Origin: Octopus vulgaris
Taxonomy: Eukaryota
Direction: 5' to 3'
DNA: 64,000 bases
NCBI GenBank assembly: GCA_951406725.2
Contig: OX597831.1
Span: forward strand, 30,504,001 to 30,568,000
This document shows, piece by piece, positions 13,637-26,540 of this stretch. The position numbers were made by a program, and so were the translations under genes. Below the pieces are notes generated by a model, which was not told where the DNA came from, did no database searches, and was given only the letters and a program-made list of their open reading frames with translations. Position 1 is the stretch's first letter, and every line of letters starts with the position of its first letter.

Positions 13637-13909
13637 TGTGTGTGTGTCTGTGTGTGGTACATGATTGCAAAACCATTTAATTCTGAGTTGAACAGTCTGT
13701 AGTGGGCCACAGTGTACAATTTTCAAGCAGTGAAATTTATGAAATAAACGCCATTAAATTATGGTCGTCTGCAACATCGATTATAGACAACCGTTTATAG
13801 TTATACATAACGAAAGTTATTCTACTTATACTAGCAATAATTTATGTAATTGATCTTTTAATTCTGTTGCCCAATGTCTTATATATAACATTATTCTGTC
13901 AATACTCTT

Positions 13910-14352
13910 ATCGGTTTCAAATATTGCACAAGCTTCAGGGCAACGGGTGAGTCGATTACATCGAGTCAGAGCCCGACTGGTTATTTATTTATTTATTTTT
14001 ATTTATCTATTTTTTCATCGACATCGAAAGGATGAACAACAAAGTTGACCTCGGTGGAATTTGAATTCAAAGCGTAAAACCGGGGAGAAACGCTGCAATT
14101 ATTTCATCCTGAATGCAAATGTTTCTACCACCTAGCTATCTTCTGTCCCTACTTATATCCTTTCTACTACAGGTACAAAGCCTAAAATTCAGGGCGGGGG
14201 AAAGTCGATTACAACGACACCAATGGTTGATCCCGAACGGATAACAGGCAAAGTTTACCTCGACGGGATTTGGACTCAGAACATGAAGCCAGGAGAAATA
14301 CTGCTAAGTATTTTCTTCTGATGTCCGAATCATTCTGCTTGCTCTCTGCCTT
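13910..14352 (-). mobile_element. Two adjacent degraded SINE family C copies
   Basis: gtcgattaca ... aaagt(t)gacctcg ... ttga(a/c)t(t)caa/ctcaga motifs occur twice. Confidence 0.65.
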
Positions 14353-14699
14353 AACTACCAATATAAATGTATATATGTGTGAGTTTGTGTGCCTGTGTGT
14401 GTTTGTGTGTATGCTTGTGTCTGTGAGTTTGAGTGTGTTCGTGTATGTGTTTGCGTGTTTGTATATGTGTGTGTGTATACGTGCAATTACACAAATGAAA
14501 GCAAGGAGGGAAAATAATACTCAAATACTAATGTAGAGCTTATATTTTGAGTTTTATTGAAGCTGAAAAACATTACAGAACGTTAGTTTGTGTTTCACGT
14601 AATTGATCTTCAGTCAGAAGATTGGTTGCGTCAAACTCGGAGTAACGGTTTTGAGAAGTTACTTCAGGCTTCAAAACAACTCTTTCTCTTTCTTTTCCC

Positions 14700-15030
14700 A
14701 CTCGGTTCTGGGTCCAGTCACCATGGTTCTGACACCATGGGCAACGCAACGCAAGTGTCTTCTAATATAGCCTCAGGACCACCAAATCCTTGCGAGTGGA
14801 TTTGGGAGGTGGAAACTAATAGAAGTCCAGTATATATATACACATATATATATAAGCCTGGGTACAGCTCGTTTGTTTACCTCCCCCGCTAGTTAGAGGT
14901 TCGGCAAAAATGTGACCGAATAAATACTAAACTTTAAAAAATAAGTACTGAGATCGATCATTTCGACTAGAACCCTTTAAAGCGGTGCTCCAGCATAGCC
15001 GCAGTCCAATGATTAAAGCAAGTAAAACAC
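14700..15030 (+). mobile_element. SINE family B, degraded
   Basis: gcaagtgtcttctaatatagcctc ... gcggtgctccagcatagccgcagtc. Confidence 0.7.
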
Positions 15031-15123
15031 AAACACACACACGCACACATATGAGTGGAGAAGCGAAAGAAAGGACACCCAACACACTTACTGGGAGTTA
15101 CATGTATTATTCAAAAGAGTGTT

Positions 15124-15310
15124 GTTCGGATTCATTGCTACTTCAAGGCCCCTGACGGAACCTGTCTCGTCAAGTTTGTAGAATATCCAAGTGAACGGAG
15201 AGGCCATCTTGGACTCGCTGTACCTCTCCATTCACTTGGATATTCCATGAACCTGGGGTGACACGGCCCTTAAACTGCCTGCGATACCTGAAGTAGTACG
15301 AAATCCGAAT
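15124..15310. repeat. Imperfect foldback inverted repeat, probable PLE remnant
   Basis: Inner arms 15181-15203 / 15223-15245 match 22/23; outer arms ttcggatt...ctacttca / tgaagtag...aatccgaa. Confidence 0.7.
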
Positions 15311-15330
15311 TAAACTGTTTTAGATCGCAA

Positions 15331-15500
15331 GTCACTATACATTCTTTATTTTCTCTCCTTGATTCTTTTTGAGTACATTTCTGTGGAAGAGCTTAGGCTC
15401 GAAACGTTAAAGACTTTTTCACTTCCCGAGCGTCATACTAACACATCTGTTTGTTGTCTACACCACCTGTCTTCGTCTTTTGTTTTTTTTTGTGAATTCT

Positions 15501-15503
<3 letters not shown>
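15331..15503 (+). mobile_element. Short PLE-derived element (family D) with HHR-like motif, abutting (TA)n
   Basis: CTGTGGA-A-GAGC-TTAG-GCTC-GAAA-CGTT at 15381-15408; homologous to 51741-51941 and 52691-52857. Confidence 0.65.
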
Positions 15504-15540
<37 letters not shown>

Positions 15541-16156
15541 GAAACATACATGGCACTTATTTTATAATTTACATACGTGTAAGTCTAACCAGTTTCAGTC
15601 GAACTTGAAGATCTGCTTTATAGGGAAAAATCCAGAAAACGAATACATGAATAACTTAAATAAAACAAGTGACAACCTCATTTGGCAAAAACGATTTCAT
15701 AGGAGAGGGTAAAAAGAAGAGGTGTTCTTGAGGCTATTAAAATATGTAAGGTATTAAATCTCTTGCCCTTCGCCAGAGACTTCTTTATTTGAAGATAGTG
15801 ATAATGATTATGATGATGATGAGAAAGAAAGTTTGATAACCGTAATGTAGGTTGGGATTTGGCAAGTTATCGTACCATTGCATAGCCAAGTATAGTTATC
15901 TGATGCGCAGGCGTTTTCATAATGTTTATATAATGATATGTCATTCTCAATTTGGCTTAACAGCATCAGAGTTTGGGTTCGGGAAGCGATCGATTATAAA
16001 AAAAAAATCATATGAAGGTTATTTTATTTTGTTGTTGTCTCCTAGGGATTATGGGAAGGCAAATTGGAATTTAGTATGATTGCGAATTCAGTTTAGAAAG
16101 ACACTCCGTTAGATACTGGAAGGCATCCATGTATGCCAAGATCATTAACTATTTCT

Positions 16157-16510
16157 TATTTCTGTATTGCCCACAAGGGGGTAAATATAGAAGGGAAAAA
16201 CAAGGACAGACAAAGGGATTAAGTTGATTATATCGACCCCAGTGCGTAACTGGTACTTAATTTATCGCCCTCAGAGGATGAAAGGCAAAGTCGACCTCGG
16301 CAGAATTTGAACTCAGAACGTAGCGGCAGACGAAATATCTGTTTCTTCACTACCCACAAGGGCTAAACATTGAGGGGACAAACAAGGACAGACAAAGGGA
16401 TCAAGACGATTACATCGACTCTAGTGCGTAACTGGTACTTAATTTATCGACCCCGAAAGGATGAAAGGCAAAGTCGACCTCGGCGGAATTTCTGTCAGCT
16501 CGCCGCCTTC
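16157..16510 (-). mobile_element. SINE family C tandem dimer
   Basis: Two ~180-bp units; junction cagacgaaata|tctgtttcttcactaccc. Confidence 0.88.
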
Positions 16511-16744
16511 ATTAACTATTTCTATCATATGCACACCGCTTAGGGGCAAGGAACTATTCGAGTAAATCGAGCCCAGTATTTTAATGTTACATTTTTTGTT
16601 GACCACGGTAGATTGAAAGACAAAGCTGGCCTCGAGAGGGGTTGAATTTAAGGCGTAAGGTACCAGAACAAATATCGATTCTACCAATCTAACCAGCGAG
16701 TTATTTTCTTTCTTTGGCAATAACGGTAATATTATCTTACAGGT

Positions 16745-17195
16745 GTTGCCGTGTGGATAGAAGTTTGTTTCTCAACAACATGGATCCGGGTTCGTGCCAC
16801 CATAAGTAACTACTTTCTGCTATAGCCACGAGCCGACCAAAACATTGTGCGTTGACGTGGTAGATGGAAATTGAAAGAAAACTGTCTTATGAATATATGT
16901 ATATACATATGTATATATACACACAGACGTATATATATGTTTGTGTGTTTTTGTGTGTTGTTATATACACTCAGGTGTATATATATCTTTGTGTCAGCCC
17001 TCACCGCTTGACAACTGGTGCTGGTTTGTTTACGTTCCCGTTTTTTAGCGACTGGAAAAAGAGACCGATAAAAATAAGTGCCAGACTTTAGAAAACAAGT
17101 ACTGGTGGGGGTCAATATGCTCGACTAAAAACCCTTCAAGGCGGTGTCCCAGCATGGCCGTAGTCCGAAGACTGAAACAAGCAAAAGGTAAAATG
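16745..17195 (+). mobile_element. SINE family B
   Basis: acatggatccgggttc ... ctatagcc ... cgcttgacaactggtgctgg ... ggcggtgtcccagcatggccg. Confidence 0.75.
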
Positions 17196-18014
17196 GTAAA
17201 ACAGAGTAGATGAATAGAAATAAATGAAGAAAGGAATCAGGCGGAATCTGAGATCGCGGGGCGCTTTCTCTCTTCCATGGAAACAATTTTACGCAACTTT
17301 CAGTGTTAGTGTTGCTGGGACATGATTGGACATCACAGATTAACATTTTCTACTTCAACTAAAATATTTCTTTTCTTTATGCTTAGTCATTCTAAAATAA
17401 TATGCCCAATATATACAAGCGATATCTTTTCCTAAAGAAATGTTTTGTGTATTCATCTCAAGGGTTTTTATTTCCACATTAATCTCTATATATAATATGG
17501 AAATCTCAAGGAGATTTTATCATGCTATCGTCTCACTGTAGCTCTCTCTATTTTAAGATTATTATACGGTGATAAATCCTTATTTTCTTCAGAAAATATA
17601 TCTTTAAGAAATGAGATTGAAATATTTCACTGTAAAGAATTGTCTTGCTTTTTGTTTGATATTTGTTAGTAGTGACGTGAGCGTTATTTTACTTCACCTT
17701 ATTTTTGATATAAAACGTCGAGTTATCGATCATTTTAGCAAAATGTTATTGTTATTCTTGTTTTGTTCTTGTTACGTCAGTCTTGTTAAAACAGACATGC
17801 GGTTTATAGGTTGGTCGGGGATGAAGCACTCAGAATAGTCAAAGCTGCCATGCGTTCAAGGAACAGAGTGTGCTTGTGTTATAGATTACCTGCATTTTGT
17901 TTCTGTTGGTATTCTACTATATTGGCAGATTCTAGCTTAGTCTTGTGTGTTAATTTACTCAATTTGGGACAAGAATCAATTTAACTGAAGAAATTTTCTT
18001 CATACTTTCAACAT

Positions 18015-18176
18015 GGCACAGGAGTGGCAGTGTGGTAAGTAGCTTGCTTACCAACCACATGGTTCTGGGTTCAGTCCCACTGCGCGGCACCTTGGACAAG
18101 TGTCTTCTACTATAGCCTCGGGCCAACCAAAGCCGTGTGAGTGGATTTGGTAGGCGGAAACTGAAAGAAGCCCGTC

Positions 18177-18222
<46 letters not shown>

Positions 18223-18495
18223 TCAGGGTGAGTACTTGATAATTGTAAGCACCTGTATATACCGTTACAAATATATATATATATATGTTTTTGTGTCTGT
18301 GTTTGTCCCCCCAACATCGCTTGACAACCGATGCTGGTGTGTTTACGTCCCCGTAACTTAGCGGTTCGGCAAAAGAGATCCGATAGACTATGTACTAGGC
18401 TTCCAAAGAATAAGCCCTGGGGTCGATTTGCTCGACTAAAAAGCGGTGCTCCAGCATGGCCGCAGTCAAATGTCTGAAACAAATAAAAGAATAAA
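18015..18495 (+). mobile_element. SINE family B, full length
   Basis: A box TGGCAGTGTGG, B box GGTTCAGTCCC, accttggacaagtgtctt, internal (TA)n, tail ctgaaacaaataaaagaataa. Confidence 0.9.
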
Positions 18496-19057
18496 AGAAC
18501 AAAAGAATGCTTCTTCACTTCATTCTATCTATTCTATTCAACTGTATTATGGTTGATGTCACTTCCTGGGAGAAAGGACACGATCTTGTGCAGTGTTTAG
18601 GTAACCTTCAAACTATCTCGGTCTATGTTCAAGTCGCAACGGAGACAAATTTGCCTCTGTGTCTCTCTAATCTATAAAATAAGAGCACATGACAGTTGAT
18701 ACGCATCTTTTCTTTCTCAGAACAGCAAAGACTAATTTATGTATAGTTGAATGCAATTTCTAGCAGACTGAGCGGACAGGCAGGTGTTCCCTGGCTGCCT
18801 AGAACAGTTACAAATATTGAATTGACCATAGATATTTCTTCTGGAAATATCTTGGTTTTATATGTAGTTAAAGCGAAAGTTATATTACAAGTTAACGTAA
18901 AGTGTACTAGCTATCTGAATGTGGATAGCCACTGGGGGTGGGTGTTACTGAAGCTTTTAGCCCCAGTAGATCGTCTCCAGCTGGCTTTAGACACAACTTT
19001 CTGCGCCCTTCTGATATTTGCAAAGGAAGTTATCCCCTCTCGAAAACCTAAGTGATA

Positions 19058-19141
19058 CATACGGACTATAGTTTCGAGGTTTTTGCCTCTCGTTAACGTA
19101 TGGTAAACACCGGTTGGTGTTTACCATACGTTGTCGAGCGG
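19058..19141 (-). ncRNA. Degenerate minimal type I hammerhead motif within a 26-bp foldback (PLE-like remnant)
   Basis: Minus strand: CATACG-TTAACGA-GAGG-CAAAAA-CCTC-GAAA-CTATAG-TC-CGTATG, i.e. 6-bp stem I, 4-bp stem II, palindromic stem III, GUC triplet. Inverted partial copy CATACG-TTGTCGA-GCGG at 19125-19141. Confidence 0.65.
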
Positions 19142-22100
19142 TTACTGTTTACATCTCGTTCGGAGATTTATTAATGCTTTATATTACAAGTGTTATTGTG
19201 AATTTATTTGTCTTGTAAACTTATTAATATTTCATGATTTCGATTTTTATGATAAGCAGATGCATATTAGGAAAATGAGGTGTTAAGGCTTTTAGATAAC
19301 CATCGCTATTGTTGGAATAACGCCTTCCAGTATTTTAGACAAAGTTAAATATCTTTCAGCATAGAACAATGCAGATAGAAAAACAAATGTTCAACTGTAA
19401 ATCTTCTTGCCTTGACAAACAAGAACAATCTTGACATCGTATGAATAAGAAAGCGAAGAAGCTATCTCCCACGGTAATAAAACCAAAACTGAATAGGTGG
19501 AAAACCAACCGATTGTATTTTGGATACAGCCATTCGAATAGTTTCTTAGCAACAATTCTACACGCTGATGAAAGATGGCCTCGTCTGTCACACGGAGAAG
19601 CTATTCTGGTAAATGACCGAAAAATAATTACTTTTAACGAAAACTTAAAGCAATCTCCACCGTTTCTTTTCTTTTGCTTTTGTTAGACAAATGAGAAGTA
19701 TGTGACATCTCTAGCTGATAAGCCGAGAAGATACACTGAAAAGCTTTGCAGTATACACAATTCATAAATGCATTAGCTTCTGTGTATAACAGCAGTTTGA
19801 CTCAGATGAGAAATTTGCTTAATAGACGCGAAATTCAAGTGTTTATATGTAAATATCAGTCAAAGATAGCTTAATCCGGAGGATATTGGCCTGCCGGATG
19901 AAAGACAGATAGCTCCATTATTGTGATCTGTGTAACGATGCGATCATGGCAAAGGTAGTGTATTATAAACGACCCAGACCTACTTAGCTGTAATTACTTA
20001 GCGTAGACAGTGAGCAGATTTATTGCGTAATTGACAAGTGTTTTGTTACTTTCAAGAATTTTATTTTAGGTCTCGTCAAGGGTAACGGCTATGTTTGATG
20101 GTGAGAGACAACAATGCGTCGGATCTAGATAATCAGCTATATGACTATAAGTGATGCTCCTCATATGGCAGATCACCAAACACATAACATACTCCCCCTT
20201 TATGTTAACAGCTCTGTCAAGGAATGAGAGAGAGAGAGAGAGAGAGGCAGGGTACAGAGGGAGAGAGAGTTGCATTGTTTGAATACTTTGTGAACAATGG
20301 TGGTATAAGTATCGTCTCCTCTGTTAAGTCGAAGGAAAAAGATCACTTGACATTTTAAACATAAATATTATCCGTGGTGTCATGTATAACAAAACATCTG
20401 TTTCGTCAATGGAGTAGCCGACGCGTCTTTTAAAAACAAAATATATCTACGTCTCCTCGTTTCTATAAGCAATAATTTATGGTACTGGACAGTATGTCAA
20501 TATAGTGAGTGGGAGAATAATGATTATGAAGTAGGTTTTTATTAATTAATTTATTTATATAGTTTGCAGGTTGCTCAATTAAATTTGATACAATGAAGTT
20601 TGAAGTTTTTAAAAAGGCCCTCACGCAGACAGCAGGAAATAAATTTTGTAATGATGATACCAATAACAAGATGAGCCACGTTATCGTTATTAATAACAGT
20701 AAAAGCTATAACAATATCAGTCACTCGGTAGGAAGATCAAATAATATAGTAACAATATCCGTATCGTATAACACAGGGAAACGTGAATAAAAAAAAAATC
20801 AGACATGACATCTAGCGTAGCAAACAAAACAAATTAATCTTTTTAGTAATATCGATTACTCAACGGTATATTGATTGTGTTTGTAAGAACAAGTTCTGCT
20901 GTTCAGATCGATAACAATATATTCCTTTTGCGTAATTTATCAACAGTGGTCTGTGTGGAAAATTAACCATGATGCGGCTTGAACTCAGGATAATGAAACA
21001 AAAATATTGTAAAGCATTTAATACGACGGCCTACAACCTTCATTGCCTTCAGGCATCATTAATCACAAGAAACACCGATTTGTGTTATTCGATGCACAAG
21101 TTTACAAACGTATACTAGAGCAGAAATGGAAATTATGACATGGCATATTTTTCAAGACATTCGTGGCTAGTGTGAATTTAAATGGCTTTTACTGAGAAAT
21201 CGAAAAGGAGCCAAATACACTAAAACATTTGATGCCTTTCCTGCAAAGATCGACAATTGCGTTGCTATTGTTGTTATTACTGTTGTTAATATTGCGTTTT
21301 AGGTTGTAGTTCGCGATGTTGTGTATGTCAAGTAAACATTATGTAATCCAATATAGGCTGTTTTATGCTAGCCGCCAACTAAAACTCAGCTTAAACTTAA
21401 CAGAGCACGGAGAACCTGTGGGCCCCCCATCATGATAAAAAGTAAAAAACAATTGAAGGTCAGATCAGCCTCTCAGAGACAAAACTAACAGCCAGAAACA
21501 CTTGGAAAAGACATAAATGCACCATCAGATTACCAAACCATTGGATCAACATTTCTATGTATTTTGCAACCCTTTTAGATCATACATTTTGAATGGTTGG
21601 AATATGTGAAAGAAAACAAAGTTTTCAGATTCAACAACAACGCACATGGAGCGACAAGTAAACTGTTATTGGATACTGAACAGATTTTATGTTGGCTCAT
21701 ACACTAAAATGCCACACTTATTAAATAGATATATTAGTGACGCTGTCTTCTATTCAAAAATGGAATTTTCATCTGGGAAGATGTAGTGGTTTTATAGTGT
21801 GTTTATTTAAGTATACATGTATTATATATGTGCGTATTATGTGTCTGTATATAGACGGATAGACAGTCACAAACATCTGCCCATACATGCACAAACACAG
21901 ATACACACATATATATGCATGCATATTTGCATAGATGGACAGACGTAGATAATAGATGGGCAGACATTCATACATAGCTAGTTTCCGTGCATATAGAAAA
22001 CTGAATTAGATTAGAGAGACATACATTGGTAAAGCACACTACAATATTTCTTAACACCAGTCATAGAAATACAGAAGAATCATGAAACCACCGTTATTGA

Positions 22101-22911
22101 TACACCGATAAAAGCCGCTATTAATAAAGAAATCATTGCCTACACAAACCCGTAACTTTTCAAATAACTATATCCGATAGAAGTATAAAACAAGGCATTG
22201 GAGAGAATTTGTCAATGATATCGGCCCCAATATTTGACTGTTATATATTTCATTGAACGATGAACAGACGATGGTGGTTATTTTGAAAATAGAGAACAAA
22301 GGGATGTAACTTCATTCTATAAAGCACAGGTCCGCCTATGAATTAATAGTATGAATCCAACTCTCTGCTTCATTCGAGTAATAACTAAATTTAAACAAAC
22401 AAGGAGGAAAATATTGATTTCTCATGAGAAATAGTATCAAGAGATTGCCTAACTGGTCTGAACAAATAAATCAGAATTTATGTTTATAAATTGTGTAACT
22501 GCATTGGTAGGATTTTATTTGTAGTGGAGAATTTATTTGCATAGATACGTCTCGTCTGTCATATCAAATGCACAAAAAAATGCATATACTTACATGGAGA
22601 CAGCGAGGGTACACTGATATACAAAATGTAAGTGGCTACATCCCTAAATAGAAGAGAATATATTTGCCACACCACAAACGAAATACTAGATAAGGGGATT
22701 CACAGAATAAAACAGGCATTAACCAACAACGGGTCTTCTAACAAAGTTAAAAAAAACCATACTATAGGATAATACAGGCACAAATCCAACGTAATGATTT
22801 TATTAGACATTACAGCAAATGAAATTCCGCAAACTTCACATAAAAATTTATTATGCAAATTAACAATAGAATAATTCTCACAAGACTGAAAAATTCGAGC
22901 CACAATATTTA

Positions 22912-23116
22912 GGCGCAGACATGACTCTATTTAAAAAGCTTGCATTGGAATCACATGGTTTCGGATTCAGTTCCATTGCATGGCACCGTGGAAACGCGTC
23001 TTCTATTAGAGCTTAGGACTAAGCAAAACATTGTAAGTGAATTTGGTGATCGAAAACTGTGCGGAAGCTCAGCGTGTACATACATACCTACCTACCTACC
23101 TACCTACCTACATGCA

Positions 23117-23176
<60 letters not shown>

Positions 23177-23385
23177 TATTATATAATGTGCATATGTTTT
23201 GCTCTGTTAATCCTATCACATCACTTGACAACCGGTGTTGTTTTGTGTACATCCTTTAGCTTAGCTGTTTGTCAAAGGACACTGATAGAATAAATACTAG
23301 ACTTTTAAAAAATAGGTACTGATGTCGATTTATTCGACCAAACCTCTGAAGGCTGAATCCTAGCATGCCCACTAAAAGATAAATT
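22912..23385 (+). mobile_element. SINE family B, old and degraded
   Basis: cacatggtttcggattcagttccattgcatggcacc ... cacttgacaaccggtg ... gtcgatttattcgac. Confidence 0.65.
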
Positions 23386-23404
23386 ATGACCTAAAACAAA
23401 ACTA

Positions 23405-23519
23405 CTTATTGTACGTATGTGTGCGTATATATATATATATATATATATATATACGTGTGTATATATATCTTTAGATACATAGATATATAGATAGATAGAT
23501 ATACATACACATATACATG

Positions 23520-23583
<64 letters not shown>

Positions 23584-23633
23584 GATAGATATATAGATAG
23601 ATATATATATACATACACACATATATATGTATG

Positions 23634-23719
<86 letters not shown>

Positions 23720-23790
23720 ACACACACATATATATGCATACGCACATATACAGATACACATTTATAAATTTATCTGTCTATCTATCTACA
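23405..23790. repeat. Compound (TA)n microsatellite field
   Basis: Directly visible. Confidence 0.92.
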
Positions 23791-24499
23791 TAATGCTAAA
23801 AAGCGCGTAGGTATTTTTTTTATATACACTTGAGTTTATACTTATTGTTCATATACATACATATAAACTTATATACAGTGTATGAGTGTATATAAAAATA
23901 TATACATGCATAGACATATCTGTATACAGACATTCTGAAGGCAAAAGCCACCAAATACAAAAACTGATGAATACATGTGGAGAAATACATACACACACAT
24001 TGAACATCTACATCAATGCGTGTTTGATGTATGTATGTGCATTTGTATGCGTATATGGTGTCCATCCACTGCGGTACAACCAGACAGTCGTTCTAAGATC
24101 TGATTAGTATGTATTAGAGGAATACTTATAAGATCAAAATCTCTCCGAATTTATCACTGTTTTTACCGAACGCCAAACTCATTCCTTATCAATGGCAACC
24201 ATTTACTTTAGAAAGAAATTAAATTCAGATTTCTGTCCCTTGTCTTGTTGACAAGAATCGCTATTAGCACTTATGACTTTGCTTTTCATTGCGTATGGAA
24301 ATTGTAGAAATCAACAATCGTCGGATTATTTAACTAAATGTTATTCATTAGGGACAGCATCCAGGAAAATTTTCCTCTGGATGATGCTACTTGCCCGAGT
24401 TTCCGCACAGTCGCACTGAACCTAATATCACGTGTTAACGTCACGCCCTTCTTAATCAGAGAGCAATGCGCATATTTATTATTAAGTAATGCCCCGTGA

Positions 24500-24721
24500 T
24501 TCATAATGTCGCTTACCAGCTTTTACTGGCCAATAAGTGACCGAGATGACAGCATACCCCTAATCTGTCGCAGAGTTGCTTATTTATAGCTGAGTGCTGT
24601 GAATCAATGTGAAATGCAGTCTTTTGCTGAAGAACTGAACAGAACGCCCAGTCCGAGAATCGAAACTGCGATCATGCTATCATGAGTGCATCAACTTAAC
24701 CACTATGCCACACTCCCTCAC
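24500..24721 (-). mobile_element. SINE family A2, degraded
   Basis: gaatcgaaactgcgatc ... taaccacta head as in 55931-56172 and 57790-58034. Confidence 0.6.
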
Positions 24722-24734
24722 GCCTCTACCTATT

Positions 24735-25050
24735 ACTCTACTAAATAGCCTCGGGGCGACCAAAGACTTGTGAGTGGATTTGGTAGACGGAAACTGAAAG
24801 AAGCCCGTCGTATATATGTATATATGTTTGTGTATATGTTCGTGTGTCTGTGTTCTTTGCCCCCCATCGCTTGACAACCGATGCTGGTGTGTTTACGTCT
24901 CCGTAACCTAGGTTTGGCAAAAAGAGACCGATAGAATAAGTAATAGGCTTACAAAGAATAAGTCCTGGGGTCGATTTGCTCGACTAAAGGTGGTGCTCCA
25001 GCATGGCCACAGTCAAATGACTGAAACGAGTAAAAGAGTAAAAGAGAGTA
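24735..25050 (+). mobile_element. SINE family B, 5'-truncated
   Basis: gtgagtggatttggtagacggaaactgaaagaagcccgtcg ... aaatgactgaaacgagtaaaagagtaa. Confidence 0.88.
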
Positions 25051-25762
25051 TACTAAGTATCTTGGCTCCTGCTAAAGTAAATCTATTAACGCCACACAGC
25101 CCGTATTGACAGAAGCCAGCTGATCCCATATTACTAACATCATTGTTATGAAAGCTTATCTTCGAAAAGAGTAGGGAAGCATCTAATAAAGTGTGTTCCC
25201 GTTATGTTCTAGCTATTTAATTATATTGATGTTTCCTGTACCATTAAAAATAGCCACCATACTCAGTACGAATGCAAACTGTGTTTGGCGTCGTTTAAAC
25301 AACAGATATATTCACAAGAACATAAATTCATGCATATGTATGTGAGAGCTTGCATGCAAGCCTAAGTCTATGTATATGCATATTTATGTTGGAAGCGCAT
25401 GCACGTATGATGTATATGTATATACATACATCAACACATACACACACATATATACATACCTACCTATGTATGTATGTATGTATGTATGTATGTATGTATG
25501 TATCTGTCTGTCTGTCTGTCTGTCCGTCCGTCCGTTCATCCGTCTGTCTGTCTATCTATCTATCTATATACATACATGCAAAAGTACATACATACATACA
25601 TACATCATACATATATACATGCATACGTACATTCGCACATACGTACGTACATATATATAGTTTGATGGCTCGAAACATACATTTCTATGTATGCATATTA
25701 TAGATTAAGGAACTATAATTAAAACAAAAGCTTCCATAAATAAAACCCTTTCTCTTTGCTTC

Positions 25763-25813
<51 letters not shown>

Positions 25814-26369
25814 ATACTCATATATACACCCCACTACACACACACGCACACATAGATCCATATATATATTCGTATATATTTATATATCGAAAGAATGAGA
25901 AGGGCGAGGAGAGAACATCATAAATTCAAATGCTTATTGATATTCTTGTCATGTTAGACATAACATAACCAGCCAACAATTTCATTCCACTTTATTAATA
26001 AACAGTTAACATAAAAAATATACATTTAAAAGAGAAAAACACTACTCAATATATCCTGCTTCATAAAAACCAAAAATAAAAGGAAAGAAACTGGCTTGAG
26101 TCGCAGACAGAGTGTTAACGATGCGAAAGGACTTATCGCAAGTAGATAAATCTAACAATTTTGATTACATAACTATTACATTATCAGCAGACGTTATCTT
26201 TTTTATAAGCTGGTTTTGCATAACCGAGTGTCCATTTATGTACAGCGTATTATACGATAAATCGATGCTCGTTTTCAGCAGGTTAGCTTGGCTCTCGTTC
26301 GCTCAGACTACCACTATTGAAACATACACAATGTAGATTCCGCTTATTTTGTTATCATTATTAGCATTT

Positions 26370-26417
<48 letters not shown>

Positions 26418-26540
26418 ATTATTATTGTTGTTTTTGTTGCTGTTGTTGTTAATGATATTGTTATTTGTGTTGTTGCTGTCATCATCATCATCATCATCAT
26501 CGTCCCCCCATCATCATCATGATCATCATCATTATTATTT

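Noticed and set aside
19565-19595. CTGATGA followed by a small stem
   Set aside because: No GAAA after the stem and no stem I/III, so not a hammerhead.
21370-21720. Possible RTE-type LINE 5' remnant (STF..LQ, IQQQR resembling IQEHR)
   Set aside because: Similarity is too weak and frame-broken to support without a profile search.
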